Below are positions 48,117-59,849 of a stretch of DNA of 64,000 nucleotides, piece by piece. Within the stretch, counting starts at the first letter, position 1. Each line of letters starts with the position of its first letter. Under the pieces are notes generated by a model. It searched no databases, was not told the origin of the DNA, and saw only the letters and a program-made list of their open reading frames with translations. Origin of the DNA: Eubacteriales bacterium (GTDB taxonomy: Bacteria; Bacillota; Clostridia; Oscillospirales; CAG-272); assembly GCA_045587385.1 (NCBI GenBank), contig JAZNCE010000128.1:341-64340 (forward strand). Reading direction: 5' to 3'. The translations under genes were made by a program, and so were the position numbers.

Positions 48117-49439
48117 TTATTTTCGAGTGTAAAGTCCGCCGGGCAGTGAGGAGATCAATCCCTTGATCTCAAACATGGTCAGCGCCATCATGACCTCGTG
48201 TGCGGGATAACCGCAGCGCACCAGCCAATCTGCACTGATTGCCTTATCCAGCGGGATCTGCGCGAACATGTCGCGCTGTCTTTCGGAAAACGTTGCCAGC
48301 ACCTCGGCAGAGTGATCGACGTGCGGCTCTTTTGCGGGCTGTTCCTTTGCAGCGTCCGCCTTTTGGGGCTCTGCCCGCTCCGGCTTTTCAGCCTTGGGAG
48401 CAGACGGCTTTTGCATTTGTTTTTGCTCGGCACGCACCTCGCTGACGCTCTTGACGGGCACAGATGCGGCGGGGAGTCCGACGCCGTAGCGCGCAAACGC
48501 TGCGGGATCGGGATCGGAACGCTCCTGCGCGCGCATCAAACGGGCAGCGTCCACGCTGTCGCGGTACAGGAAAGCGTAGTTTTGTAAAATATCACGTGTG
48601 TTCAGTACGACCGCAGCACCGTCACGGATCAGCGCATTGGTACCCGAGGTGTTCTGATCGCCCACGTTTCCGGGAACGGCATAAATATCCTTTCCCTGCG
48701 CGATCGCCTCTCTTGCGGTGATCAGCGCACCGCTGCCAAGGTCGGCTTCCACGACCAGCGTACCCGAGCCAAGACCACTGATAATACGGTTTCGGATGGG
48801 GAAATGGTAGCCTCTGGGCGGTGTTGCAGGCGGAAACTCGGTCAACACGACGCCATGCTCGGCAATCGCATGCATCAGTCTTTCGTGCTGCTTGGGATAC
48901 ACCACGTCGATTCCGCAGCCAAGCACCGCAACCGTGCAACCCTTTGCCGCAAGCGCGCCCACAGCGCATGCCGCGTCAATACCGAGCGCCATGCCGCTGA
49001 CGATCACAGTTCCCGTGCTTGCCAGCTCATAGGAAATTCTGTACGCCATCTCCTTGCCGTATTCACTCATGCTGCGCGTACCCACCATACTGATAAACAG
49101 GCGTTTTTCAAAGTCGGGCAGCTTGCCCTTGTAATACAGCACGCAGGGCGGTGCCTTGATGGCGCGCAAGGAGGAGGGGTACGCAGGATCGGTGTAGGAC
49201 AAAATGCCCACGCCGTGCTTCTGACAGTACTCCACGATGCCGTATGCATCGTCAAGTCGCTTATCGCACAGTCTGCCCTTCAAGCTCTCGCTGACGTCCA
49301 GATCCTCAATATCCGATTCCTGCGCGCGGAAAAGCGCGTATGCGGAGCCGAACTTATTGATCAGCGTAACAAATTCCGTATTGGCAACGCCGGTACACAG
49401 CGACAGCCATACCGAAAACAAGGTCTCGTTCCCTTTCAT
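48117..49439 (-). CDS. dprA: DNA-processing protein DprA
   Basis: VGTR, VSGMALGID, FPIRNRIISG, SGALITA; upstream of topA. Confidence 0.95.
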   Translation of the reverse strand: MKGNETLFSVWLSLCTGVANTEFVTLINKFGSAYALFRAQESDIEDLDVSESLKGRLCDKRLDDAYGIVEYCQKHGVGILSYTDPAYPSSLRAIKAPPCVLYYKGKLPDFEKRLFISMVGTRSMSEYGKEMAYRISYELASTGTVIVSGMALGIDAACAVGALAAKGCTVAVLGCGIDVVYPKQHERLMHAIAEHGVVLTEFPPATPPRGYHFPIRNRIISGLGSGTLVVEADLGSGALITAREAIAQGKDIYAVPGNVGDQNTSGTNALIRDGAAVVLNTRDILQNYAFLYRDSVDAARLMRAQERSDPDPAAFARYGVGLPAASVPVKSVSEVRAEQKQMQKPSAPKAEKPERAEPQKADAAKEQPAKEPHVDHSAEVLATFSERQRDMFAQIPLDKAISADWLVRCGYPAHEVMMALTMFEIKGLISSLPGGLYTRK

Positions 49440-49466
49440 ATAAGCAGCTCCTTTCATACGTTTGGT

Positions 49467-50321
49467 TTAATCGTTTCTGCACATCTCCCACATCAGCACG
49501 GCTGCTGCGACAGATGCGTTGAGCGACTCGGCGTCGCCCGCCATGGGGATATACACGCTTGCATCACAAGCGTTCAGAACACGCTCCGAGAGTCCGTGCC
49601 CTTCGTTGCCGATCACAGCACTGTCAGCTTTACCGAATGCAAAGCTGCCAAGCTGGCGCGCACTTTCGTCAAGAGCGGCGGCATACACGTGCCTGCCCTG
49701 CGCACGCATGATCTCAATTGCTGCGGCAAGATCGTCCACGCGCAAGATCTTTTGCGAAAACAGCGTGCCCATCGCGCCGCGCAGCACCTTAGGATTATAC
49801 AGATCCGCACAATCACCGCTCAGAATCAGCCAATCGATCCCGAAAGCAAACGCAGTACGCACCACAGTGCCCACGTTGCCGGGGTCGCGCAGCGATTCAC
49901 ACAGCAAAACGCGTCCGCCATCGGGCGAAAGGATGCCTGCAAGATCCTCATTGCTACTATCTATTGTAGCGATTTTATGAATTTTGTCAATATATTTTGC
50001 CACGCAAATAATTCCCTCAGGCGCATTTTCGTCAGAAATTTTGACAAAAAGATCGTGACAGAGATATAAAATACGGCAATTTGCGTCATCCAGAGTCAGC
50101 GCATACAAGCTCTTTGTCTTGGCATTTACGCTGCTTACAAGCGTCTCGTCCACCAAAATAAAAGCGAGCTCCACGCCTCTTTGCACCGCCTCACAAAACA
50201 GCTTGACGCCGTCAAAGCGGAACATTTTTTCGCTCTGGCGATGCTTTTTTTCGCCCAGCTTGCACGCAAGGCTGACGTAGCCATTCTGCCTGGACGTGAT
50301 GATCATGGGGGTAGATTCCAT
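49467..50321 (-). CDS. TrmH/SpoU-family RNA methyltransferase
   Basis: DPGNVGTVVRTA, IGNEGHG, ESLNASVAA. Confidence 0.92.
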   Translation of the reverse strand: MESTPMIITSRQNGYVSLACKLGEKKHRQSEKMFRFDGVKLFCEAVQRGVELAFILVDETLVSSVNAKTKSLYALTLDDANCRILYLCHDLFVKISDENAPEGIICVAKYIDKIHKIATIDSSNEDLAGILSPDGGRVLLCESLRDPGNVGTVVRTAFAFGIDWLILSGDCADLYNPKVLRGAMGTLFSQKILRVDDLAAAIEIMRAQGRHVYAAALDESARQLGSFAFGKADSAVIGNEGHGLSERVLNACDASVYIPMAGDAESLNASVAAAVLMWEMCRND

Positions 50322-50448
50322 GGAATGATCCTCCGATAAAAGGACATAATTTAAGGGAAAACGGGCTGTCACACACGCGTGCAAACAGCCCATTATGGCG
50401 TGGTTTTCCCTTGTTTTACAAGGTTTTTACCTAAGCCATAAAACGCAA

Positions 50449-50486
50449 CTGGGGATGCCCGCACACACGTGTGTAAGCATCCCCAA
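50449..50486 (-). terminator. Hairpin after rplT
   Basis: TGGGGATGC...GCATCCCCA. Confidence 0.5.
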
Positions 50487-50493
50487 TATTCAA

Positions 50494-50847
50494 TTAAAGA
50501 GCAGCCTTAGCCTGCTCGCACAGAGCGGTGAATGCAGCGGGATCGCTGATTGCGATCTCAGACAGCATCTTTCTGTTCAGGGTTACGTTAGCCTTCTTCA
50601 GACCGTTCATGAAAGTAGAGTAGTTCATGCCGTTTGCCTTGCAAGCTGCGGAAATTCTGGTGATCCACAGACGACGGAAGTCTCTCTTCTTCATCTTTCT
50701 GCCGGCAAATGCATAGTTACCGCTCTTCATGACGGCCTGCTTAGCCATCTTGAAGTGCTTGGACTTGGAACCCCAGTAGCCCTTTGCAGCCTTCAGAACT
50801 TTATTTCTTCTCTTACGCGCCATCATAGCGCCCTTAACTCTTGCCAT
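50494..50847 (-). CDS. rplT: 50S ribosomal protein L20
   Basis: [35 protein letters not shown]. Confidence 0.98.
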   Translation of the reverse strand: MARVKGAMMARKRRNKVLKAAKGYWGSKSKHFKMAKQAVMKSGNYAFAGRKMKKRDFRRLWITRISAACKANGMNYSTFMNGLKKANVTLNRKMLSEIAISDPAAFTALCEQAKAAL

Positions 50848-50879
50848 TTTCTTATCCTCCTTCTGCTAATTTCTTCCGA

Positions 50880-51077
50880 TTACTTCTGAATCAGTTCTCT
50901 GATGTTTGCAGCGACCTTTGCGCTTGCAATGGTTGCACCGGTGCGCAGATGTCTCTTTCTCTTCTGATCCTTAATGCCCAGCTTGTGGCGGTGGTGGCTG
51001 TGGTTCATCTTAACCTTGCCGGTTCCGGTAACGGAAAATCTCTTAGCCGAAGCCTTATGTGTCTTAACCTTTCCCAT
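50880..51077 (-). CDS. rpmI: 50S ribosomal protein L35
   Basis: [14 protein letters not shown], 65 aa, RBS AAGGAG. Confidence 0.96.
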   Translation of the reverse strand: MGKVKTHKASAKRFSVTGTGKVKMNHSHHRHKLGIKDQKRKRHLRTGATIASAKVAANIRELIQK

Positions 51078-51185
51078 TTTAACTTTTCTCCTTTTCAATT
51101 TTGATTGGTGTGCACAAGGCACTATCATTTCTCCCTCGGGGCGCAATGGAAAAGGCGCACCTTCGGGGTAATAAAATGAACGAAA

Positions 51186-51710
51186 TTACTTTTTCTTAAC
51201 GGGCGAAATGACTACGCTGAGCAGCTTACCGTTGAGAACGGGCTTCTTATCGGTCGTACCCAGATCAGCACAGTCGGCAATAAACTTGTCGATCATGTCC
51301 TTACCCAGCTGCTGATGGCTCATCTCACGTCCGTGGAAGACTAAAACGACCTTGACCTTGTTGCCCTGCTCGAGGAACTTACGGCCTCTCTTCATCTTGG
51401 TCTCGTAGTCGTGGGTGTCAATGCGGCAGGAAAGCTGAATTTCCTTGGTTTCAATGACCTGCTGCTTTTTCTTTGCTTCCTTTTCGCGCTTATCCTTTTC
51501 AAAGCGATACTTACCGTAGTCCATGATCTTGCACACGGGAGGGGTTGCATCGGGAGACATCATCACAAGATCCAGAGACTTGTCGTAAGCCATCTGAAGT
51601 GCCTGATCGGAGCTCATGATACCCAGCATTGCACCGTCCGTGCCGATGACGCGGATCTGCTCGCAGTTGATCTCTTCATTAATAAGCGTGTCTTTTTGAT
51701 TGGTAGCGAT
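51186..51710 (-). CDS. infC: Translation initiation factor IF-3 (probable ATC start)
   Basis: INEEI, PPVCKIMDYGKY, KEIQLS; GGAGG-N9-ATC in frame at 51710. Confidence 0.95.
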   Translation of the reverse strand: MATNQKDTLINEEINCEQIRVIGTDGAMLGIMSSDQALQMAYDKSLDLVMMSPDATPPVCKIMDYGKYRFEKDKREKEAKKKQQVIETKEIQLSCRIDTHDYETKMKRGRKFLEQGNKVKVVLVFHGREMSHQQLGKDMIDKFIADCADLGTTDKKPVLNGKLLSVVISPVKKK

Positions 51711-51721
51711 AGGACTGCACC

Positions 51722-51860
51722 TCCGAAAAATAAAAATCGTACCGAAGCAATCTGCCCCCGTACGCCCACTGCACCGACTTTGCGGCACAAGAAAAGAGAA
51801 TATCAACCGAGCGCGCTCATGGCGGCAGGGTGGAAACCGAGGGGTTTCGCTTCATTTACC
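51722..51860 (-). promoter_or_regulatory. Probable L20-leader RNA upstream of infC-rpmI-rplT
   Basis: Structured 5' UTR (GAAGC...GCTTC; CCCCTCG versus CGGGGG) between promoter and infC, where Firmicute L20 leaders occur. Confidence 0.6.
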
Positions 51861-51865
51861 GTGCT

Positions 51866-51894
51866 ATTTTACCACACATGCTTTGGTTTGTCAA
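51866..51894 (-). promoter_or_regulatory. sigma-A promoter of infC operon
   Basis: Minus strand TTGACA-N17-TAAAAT. Confidence 0.75.
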
Positions 51895-52007
51895 TAGGTT
51901 TTGCAAAAATATTTTTCATTTTCCGCATCCTGCCTCGCCCTCCCATTTCAGCTGTTCAAGCCACCCCTTTCTTTTTGGCAAGTTTGACCAAAAATCACCG
52001 TTCCCCG

Positions 52008-52036
52008 TTGACGCAAACGCATTTTTATGATATACT
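52008..52036 (+). promoter_or_regulatory. sigma-A promoter of glycosidase gene
   Basis: TTGACG-N17-TATACT. Confidence 0.7.
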
Positions 52037-52072
52037 ACAAACAGCTATACCCGATAAAGGAGCTCCCCCCCA

Positions 52073-54697
52073 ATGAAAAAACGTTTTGCGTTTGCAAAAA
52101 TTCTCCCGCTTTTGCTGGCGGTCTTTATGATGGCAGCCTGCATGCCGCCCCTGATCCTGCCTGCTTATGCAGCAGACGTTTCCGTCATGAACGGAACGGG
52201 CGCACGCAACGCCATGCGCGTTGAGACCACGTTTGCTTACCGCGCCAAGGTCAACGCCGAGTTCACCGGCTTTTCCTTTGCCATGCCCACGTGGACAGAA
52301 ACAAACGCAGCTTGCACGCTGGCACTGTTCAAATGGACCGGTGATCCCGAAAAATCCATGGAAGCCCAGCCCATCGCATCCGTACGCATCGATCCCATGA
52401 AAGACAACGCCACAAACAAGCTTACCTTCGCTGCACAACCCGCAGGTGAATACCTGTTTGCCGTGATCGAGCCCCGCGGCTCGGTTGGCGTCTGGACCTA
52501 TACCGACGTCAAGGACGGCAAGGGCTTTACCTATATTGACGGCAGCGAGCTGCCGCACGAGCCCGAGCTCAAGATCGCCTTCGTGGGTTCTGTCGCAGAT
52601 CCCTTCGGTAAATGCGATCCGATCAGCGCAGACATCGACGGCAAGCACACAGCCCCCAAGGAATACGTCATTCCCGAGGACAGTGCCATTTACACCCACG
52701 AGGTCATGCCCGACACCTGGGTATTTACCGACGGTCTGGGTCGCGTTTCGCTGACCAACGCCGAGGTCGGTGACCCGCGCGAGGACAAGACCGTATCCAT
52801 CTTCTTCTGGACATGGCACCTTGGCAGACTCCGCGCCATCAACGTCAACGACACCGTAGAGCAATATCCCGAAGCAGCGCGTGATTACAACCATCCCGTA
52901 TGGACGCCCGCAAACTTCCAGGGCTCTTGGAATGAATCCATCTACGGCTACTATGAAAGCACCGATACCTGGGTCATCCGCCGCCAGGGTGAGCTGCTTG
53001 CCAACGCAGGCATTGACGCAGTACTGACCGATAACACCAACGGCACCGCTACGCACAAATCCGGCTACAAGGCATTGTTCAAGACCTGGTCGGACGCGAT
53101 GGACGACGGCGTGCTGACGCCCAAGGTATCCTTCATGCTGCCCTTCGCAGGCGGCGCGGACACCAATACGCAGGTGCGCGATCTGTACCTCGATTTCTTC
53201 CGTGAGGGCGAATACCACAAGCTTTGGTTCTACTGGAACGGCAAGCCCGTGCTCATGGCGCGCCAGAACGCCATCAACACCGGTGACAACGCAGGCAAAG
53301 AGATCGTCAAGTTCTTTACCTGGCGCAGCGGTCAGCCCGGATATAAGATCGGCAAAACCGAAACCGGCAACTGGGGCTGGCTCTCCACCTACCCGCAGGC
53401 AGTCTATTACGCCTCCGCCAAGGACCGATCCAATAAAATTGCCGAGCAGGTCACCGTAGGCATCGCACAAAACCATAACTACGCGCTGGACATGATCTCG
53501 GCTATGAGCGGTAACAACGTCATGGGACGCTCCTATACGCACGACTACCCCGATCGCTACGACAAGGAAGGCAAGGAAGCCTCCAAATGGGGCTACAACT
53601 TCGCAGAGCAGTGGGGTTACGCACTTGAAATAGACCCCAAGATGATCTTTATCACGGGCTGGAACGAATGGGCAATGGCACGCATCAACGGTTGGCCCGA
53701 GGGCTATGACTCCGCCGTTCCCAACGCATTCTGCGACCAGTTCAACGACGAATTCTCCCGTGACATCGAGCCCACCAAGGGCGACCTCAAGGACCACTAC
53801 TATTACCAGATGGTCAATTTCATCCGTCAGTACAAGGGCGTGCGTCCCATTCCCGCCCCCAACGGCATGGCAACTATCGATATCACCAAGGATAACGCAC
53901 AGTGGAGCTCGGTTGAGCCCTACTACGCAGCCTACGTCGGCAACACCGGCGACCGCAATGGCGAGGGCTGGGGCGAGCTGACTTATCATGAATACTCCGG
54001 CAGAAATGACATCATGGGCGCAAAGATCGCACGTGACGACGAATACTTATACTTCTACGTAGAGTGCGCAGAGGATATCACCCCCTACACCGATCCTCTT
54101 TGGATGGTACTGTATCTGGACACCGATCAGCAGAATCAAGGCTGGGAAACCTTTGATTACGTACTAAACAAGACCTCTCCCTCCGCTACCAAGGCAGTGC
54201 TGGAAAAGTTCACGGGCAACGGCTACGAAACCGAGACCGTAGGCGAGGTGGACTACACCGTAAACGGCAACTACATGCAAGTCAAGGTGCCCAAGAGCAT
54301 GCTTGCGCTGTCCGGTCACGACTTCACCGTCAACTTTGCATGGACCGACAACGTACATGACGAGGCGGATCAGGGCGCAGCAGACGAGACCGATTACGTA
54401 TACACCGCCTTTTCGGGTGACATTATGGACTTCTATATTTCGGGTGACGTTGCACCCTCGGGCAGATTCAAGTACAGCTACGTCTCGACCGCCGCAAATG
54501 CAACCGGTACAGAGCCCGAAGAGACCCAACCCGGCGAGGAAGTAACGTCCGACGCACAGCCCGAAACTGCTCCCGAATCCGAGCAGACCACCGAGCAGAC
54601 CGAGCAAAAGAGCGGTTGCAAATCTGTTGCAGCTCCCTTCATCGTGCTGGCTCTGATGGCATGCGCATCCGTCGCAATCACCAAAAAGAAGGACTGA
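52073..54697 (+). CDS. Secreted, surface-anchored glycoside hydrolase (GH99/GH71-like barrel)
   Basis: Signal peptide; FFWTWH, GYYESTD, LANAGIDAVLTDNTN, FITGWNEW, DIEP; acidic linker; SGC-TM-KKKD tail. Confidence 0.72.
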   Translation: MKKRFAFAKILPLLLAVFMMAACMPPLILPAYAADVSVMNGTGARNAMRVETTFAYRAKVNAEFTGFSFAMPTWTETNAACTLALFKWTGDPEKSMEAQPIASVRIDPMKDNATNKLTFAAQPAGEYLFAVIEPRGSVGVWTYTDVKDGKGFTYIDGSELPHEPELKIAFVGSVADPFGKCDPISADIDGKHTAPKEYVIPEDSAIYTHEVMPDTWVFTDGLGRVSLTNAEVGDPREDKTVSIFFWTWHLGRLRAINVNDTVEQYPEAARDYNHPVWTPANFQGSWNESIYGYYESTDTWVIRRQGELLANAGIDAVLTDNTNGTATHKSGYKALFKTWSDAMDDGVLTPKVSFMLPFAGGADTNTQVRDLYLDFFREGEYHKLWFYWNGKPVLMARQNAINTGDNAGKEIVKFFTWRSGQPGYKIGKTETGNWGWLSTYPQAVYYASAKDRSNKIAEQVTVGIAQNHNYALDMISAMSGNNVMGRSYTHDYPDRYDKEGKEASKWGYNFAEQWGYALEIDPKMIFITGWNEWAMARINGWPEGYDSAVPNAFCDQFNDEFSRDIEPTKGDLKDHYYYQMVNFIRQYKGVRPIPAPNGMATIDITKDNAQWSSVEPYYAAYVGNTGDRNGEGWGELTYHEYSGRNDIMGAKIARDDEYLYFYVECAEDITPYTDPLWMVLYLDTDQQNQGWETFDYVLNKTSPSATKAVLEKFTGNGYETETVGEVDYTVNGNYMQVKVPKSMLALSGHDFTVNFAWTDNVHDEADQGAADETDYVYTAFSGDIMDFYISGDVAPSGRFKYSYVSTAANATGTEPEETQPGEEVTSDAQPETAPESEQTTEQTEQKSGCKSVAAPFIVLALMACASVAITKKKD

Positions 54698-54711
54698 TCT
54701 CCATTCCCTAT

Positions 54712-54741
54712 AGGGGCTTGTCTTCGGGCAAGCCCCTTTTC
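54712..54741 (+). terminator. Intrinsic terminator
   Basis: AGGGGCTTGTC-TTCG-GGCAAGCCCCTTTT. Confidence 0.85.
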
Positions 54742-54885
54742 TTGCGGGCAAAACCGAACACCCGTTTGGTACGACATGCATGTCTATCGGGAAAATAGCC
54801 AAAATATTCTGCGAAAATATCGGCGATTTTCTCACCGGTAGTTGTTTTCACGAAATATCTCGTCAAAAATCGTCAACTTTGCCAA

Positions 54886-54914
54886 TTTACAAAACGCCCA
54901 GGATGCGGTATAAT
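54886..54914 (+). promoter_or_regulatory. sigma-A promoter of the small RNA
   Basis: TTTACA-N17-TATAAT. Confidence 0.75.
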
Positions 54915-54919
54915 AATCG

Positions 54920-55098
54920 TGCACGGCGGAAGCAGTCGTTCCGTCGGAAAAGTGCAGCTCAAGTCGGACTTTGCGGAACGTCAATCTCATGACGTAAAGC
55001 GTGCAAAGACGCCAAACGTTGCATCAGCTTCGTTCGCACCGAGGATATACGCGAGCGAACACGGAAGCGGGATCGGTTTATACCGATTCCGTTTTTTT
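54920..55098 (+). ncRNA. ~180-nt structured non-coding RNA, family unassigned
   Basis: Own promoter; terminator GCGGGATCGGT-TTAT-ACCGATTCCGT-T6; internal hairpins ACGTCA/TGACGT and GCGT/ACGC; long-range TTCCGT/ACGGAA; no credible ORF. Confidence 0.7.
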
Positions 55099-55182
55099 GT
55101 GCTTTTTTCGCGCGATTCCGCGCTTTTTTGGGGCTGTTTTTGAAAAAAACTATATAATAATTGTAAATAAACCTTGAAAGGT

Positions 55183-55209
55183 ATAGCATTTTTTTACCTC
55201 TTGTGCTAT
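55183..55209 (+). promoter_or_regulatory. Degenerate CIRCE-like inverted repeat over the lon promoter
   Basis: ATAGCATTT-N9-TTGTGCTAT versus TTAGCACTC-N9-GAGTGCTAA; overlaps TG-C-TATAAT. Confidence 0.35.
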
Positions 55210-55294
55210 AATGCTAAGTTGATATAGTATTATCCCGCCCTCAGGGCGTCTTGTATATATCGCAATACCCTACCCCGGAAAGGAAGTTTTACAC

Positions 55295-57738
<2,444 letters not shown>

Positions 57739-57739
<1 letters not shown>

Positions 57740-58353
57740 TGGCTTTTATGACACAGAACGCACAGCTGCAGATCAGCGCGGGACTTGCCAAGCAATTCCC
57801 CACCAATCCCATTCCGCAGGTTGCCTTTTCGGGTCGCTCCAACGTGGGCAAGAGCTCTTTGCTCAACACCCTGCTTGGCAGAAAATCGCTTGCGCGCGTT
57901 TCCTCCGCACCCGGTAAGACCATCACGGTCAACTTCTACAACGTAGATAAAAAGTTGTTTCTTGTCGACCTGCCCGGCTACGGCTTTGCAGCCCGCAACC
58001 CTGCAGATAAAGAAAAATGGAGCTTGCTGACTGACGGCTACTTTACCAACAATCCCAACGTGGATCTTTTGTGCCTTGTACTGCAGTTGGTCGATTCCCG
58101 CGTAGGGCTGACGCGCGATGACGAAATGATGGTGGATTTTCTCAACCAGAGCGGTATCCCCTACGCCGTCATTGCCACCAAGGTGGATAAGCTCAACAAG
58201 ACCGAACGCGAAAAGAATCTGGCAGCCATTGCAAGCCATCCGCTGATCAAGCTCGGCACGCCCGTGATCCCCTTCTCCTCGCTCAAGGGCGAGGGCAAAA
58301 ACGAGGTCTGGAAGGTGATCTGCACACACGCAGACCTGCCCACGCCCAACTGA
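57739..58353 (+). CDS. engB: Ribosome biogenesis GTPase EngB/YsxC
   Basis: GRSNVGKSS, PGKT, DLPGYG, TKVDK; follows lon. Confidence 0.96.
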
Positions 58354-58360
58354 CGTTGGG

Positions 58361-58489
58361 GTGAAATATTTCGCTGCGCGAAATGTGAAATGTTTGCCTT
58401 TGGCAAACGTGAAATCCGCACTGCGTGCGGGTGAAATATTGCGCCCCCGGCGCAATGTTGTGGAAGAAATTTGCCTTGGAGCAAATTTC
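58361..58489. repeat. Array of four GTGAAAT heptamers separated by different perfect hairpins
   Basis: GTGAAAT at 58361, 58385, 58409, 58431; spacers atttcgc-tgc-gcgaaat, gtttgcc-ttt-ggcaaac, ccgcac-tgc-gtgcgg, attgcgcc-ccc-ggcgcaat; fifth hairpin gaaatttgc..gcaaatttc. Confidence 0.88.
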
Positions 58490-58525
58490 ATTTGATTGAA
58501 TTTTTCGTTATTTCGAGGTATTACC

Positions 58526-59845
58526 ATGCTTCTCTATCCCCATTTTGATATCAACGATCAAGGACACCTGACCGTGGGCGGTCTTGACACCGTCGCGCTT
58601 GCAAAGCAGTACGGCACGCCCGTCAATCTGCTTGACGAGAACGTCGTGCGCGCGCAGATGCGCCTGTATTTGCGTTGCGCAAAGCAATACTTTGGCGAGA
58701 GCGCGCTGCCGCTGTTTGCATCCAAGGCACTTTGCTGTGCGGAAATTTACCGCATTGCAGCCGAGGAGGGCATGGGTATTGACTGCGTTTCCCCCGGTGA
58801 ACTTTATATTGCGGATCGCGTGGGCTTCCCCGCCTCCCGCATTTATTTCCACGGCAACAACAAGACCGATGCGGATATTGCGCAGGCGCTTGATATGGGC
58901 GTGGGCACTTTCGTGGTGGACAACGTCGAGGAGCTGGAGGCTTTGAACGCGCAATCTCTTGCGCGCGGCATGCGTGCGCGCATCCTTTTGCGCATCACGC
59001 CGGGTATCGATCCCCACACGCACAAGGCAATCTCCACGGGCGGCGTGGACTCCAAGTTCGGCTCTCCCATCATGACGGGACAAGCCGAGGCGATCGTTTT
59101 GCGTGCGCTTGCCTGCGAAGGCATTGACCTGCAGGGATTTCATTGCCACATCGGCTCGCAGATCTTTGATGCAGAGCCCTTTATCGAGGCTGCACAGATC
59201 ATGGTTGCTTTCATGGCGGACATGACGCACAAGCACGATATCCACCTGCATGAGCTCAATCTCGGCGGCGGACTTGGCGTGCGCTACACCGCAGAGCAGC
59301 CCACGCTTGACGTGGAGGGCACGATCAGAACCATTGCAGAGAGTGTCAAGGTGCTTTGCGCGCAGAACGGCATTGAAATGCCCCGCGTGATCCTTGAGCC
59401 CGGCAGAAGCATCGTGGCTGCCGCAGGTGCTACGCTCTATACCGTGGGCTCTGTCAAAAAGATCCCCGGCTTTAAGAATTACGTATCGGTGGACGGCGGC
59501 ATGCCCGACAACCCCAGATATGCACTGTATGGGTCCCCCTACACCGCGCTGATCGCAAACAAGGCAGACAGATGCGCAGATCTGTGCGCGACCGTCGCCG
59601 GCAGATGCTGCGAATCGGGTGATCTGCTTGGCGAAAACATGATGCTGCAGACGCCTGTACGCGGTGACATTCTCGCCATGCTGGTCACGGGTGCATATCA
59701 GCACTCCATGGCGTCCAACTACAACAAGATCCCCCGTCCTGCGCTGGTTATGATCAAGGACGGTGTCTCGCGCGTGGTCGTGCGCCGCGAAACGTTTGAG
59801 GATCTGCTGGCTTATGACGTGACCGATCCTGTTTATTCGAGGTGA
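58526..59845 (+). CDS. lysA: Diaminopimelate decarboxylase
   Basis: YGTP, ASKAL (PLP Lys), HCHIGSQ, LNLGGG, EPGRS, GRCCESGD, MASNYN. Confidence 0.96.
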   Translation: MLLYPHFDINDQGHLTVGGLDTVALAKQYGTPVNLLDENVVRAQMRLYLRCAKQYFGESALPLFASKALCCAEIYRIAAEEGMGIDCVSPGELYIADRVGFPASRIYFHGNNKTDADIAQALDMGVGTFVVDNVEELEALNAQSLARGMRARILLRITPGIDPHTHKAISTGGVDSKFGSPIMTGQAEAIVLRALACEGIDLQGFHCHIGSQIFDAEPFIEAAQIMVAFMADMTHKHDIHLHELNLGGGLGVRYTAEQPTLDVEGTIRTIAESVKVLCAQNGIEMPRVILEPGRSIVAAAGATLYTVGSVKKIPGFKNYVSVDGGMPDNPRYALYGSPYTALIANKADRCADLCATVAGRCCESGDLLGENMMLQTPVRGDILAMLVTGAYQHSMASNYNKIPRPALVMIKDGVSRVVVRRETFEDLLAYDVTDPVYSR

Positions 59846-59849
59846 TAGT

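Noticed and set aside
51711-51806. N-terminal extension of IF-3 in the ORF track
   Set aside because: It runs through the leader RNA; the RBS points to ATC at 51710.
52025-53989. 654-aa minus-strand ORF
   Set aside because: Antisense to the glycosidase, which has a promoter, RBS, signal peptide and terminator.
58361-58489. CRISPR array interpretation
   Set aside because: The repeat is only 7 bp, spacers are 15-19-bp palindromes, and no cas genes are present.
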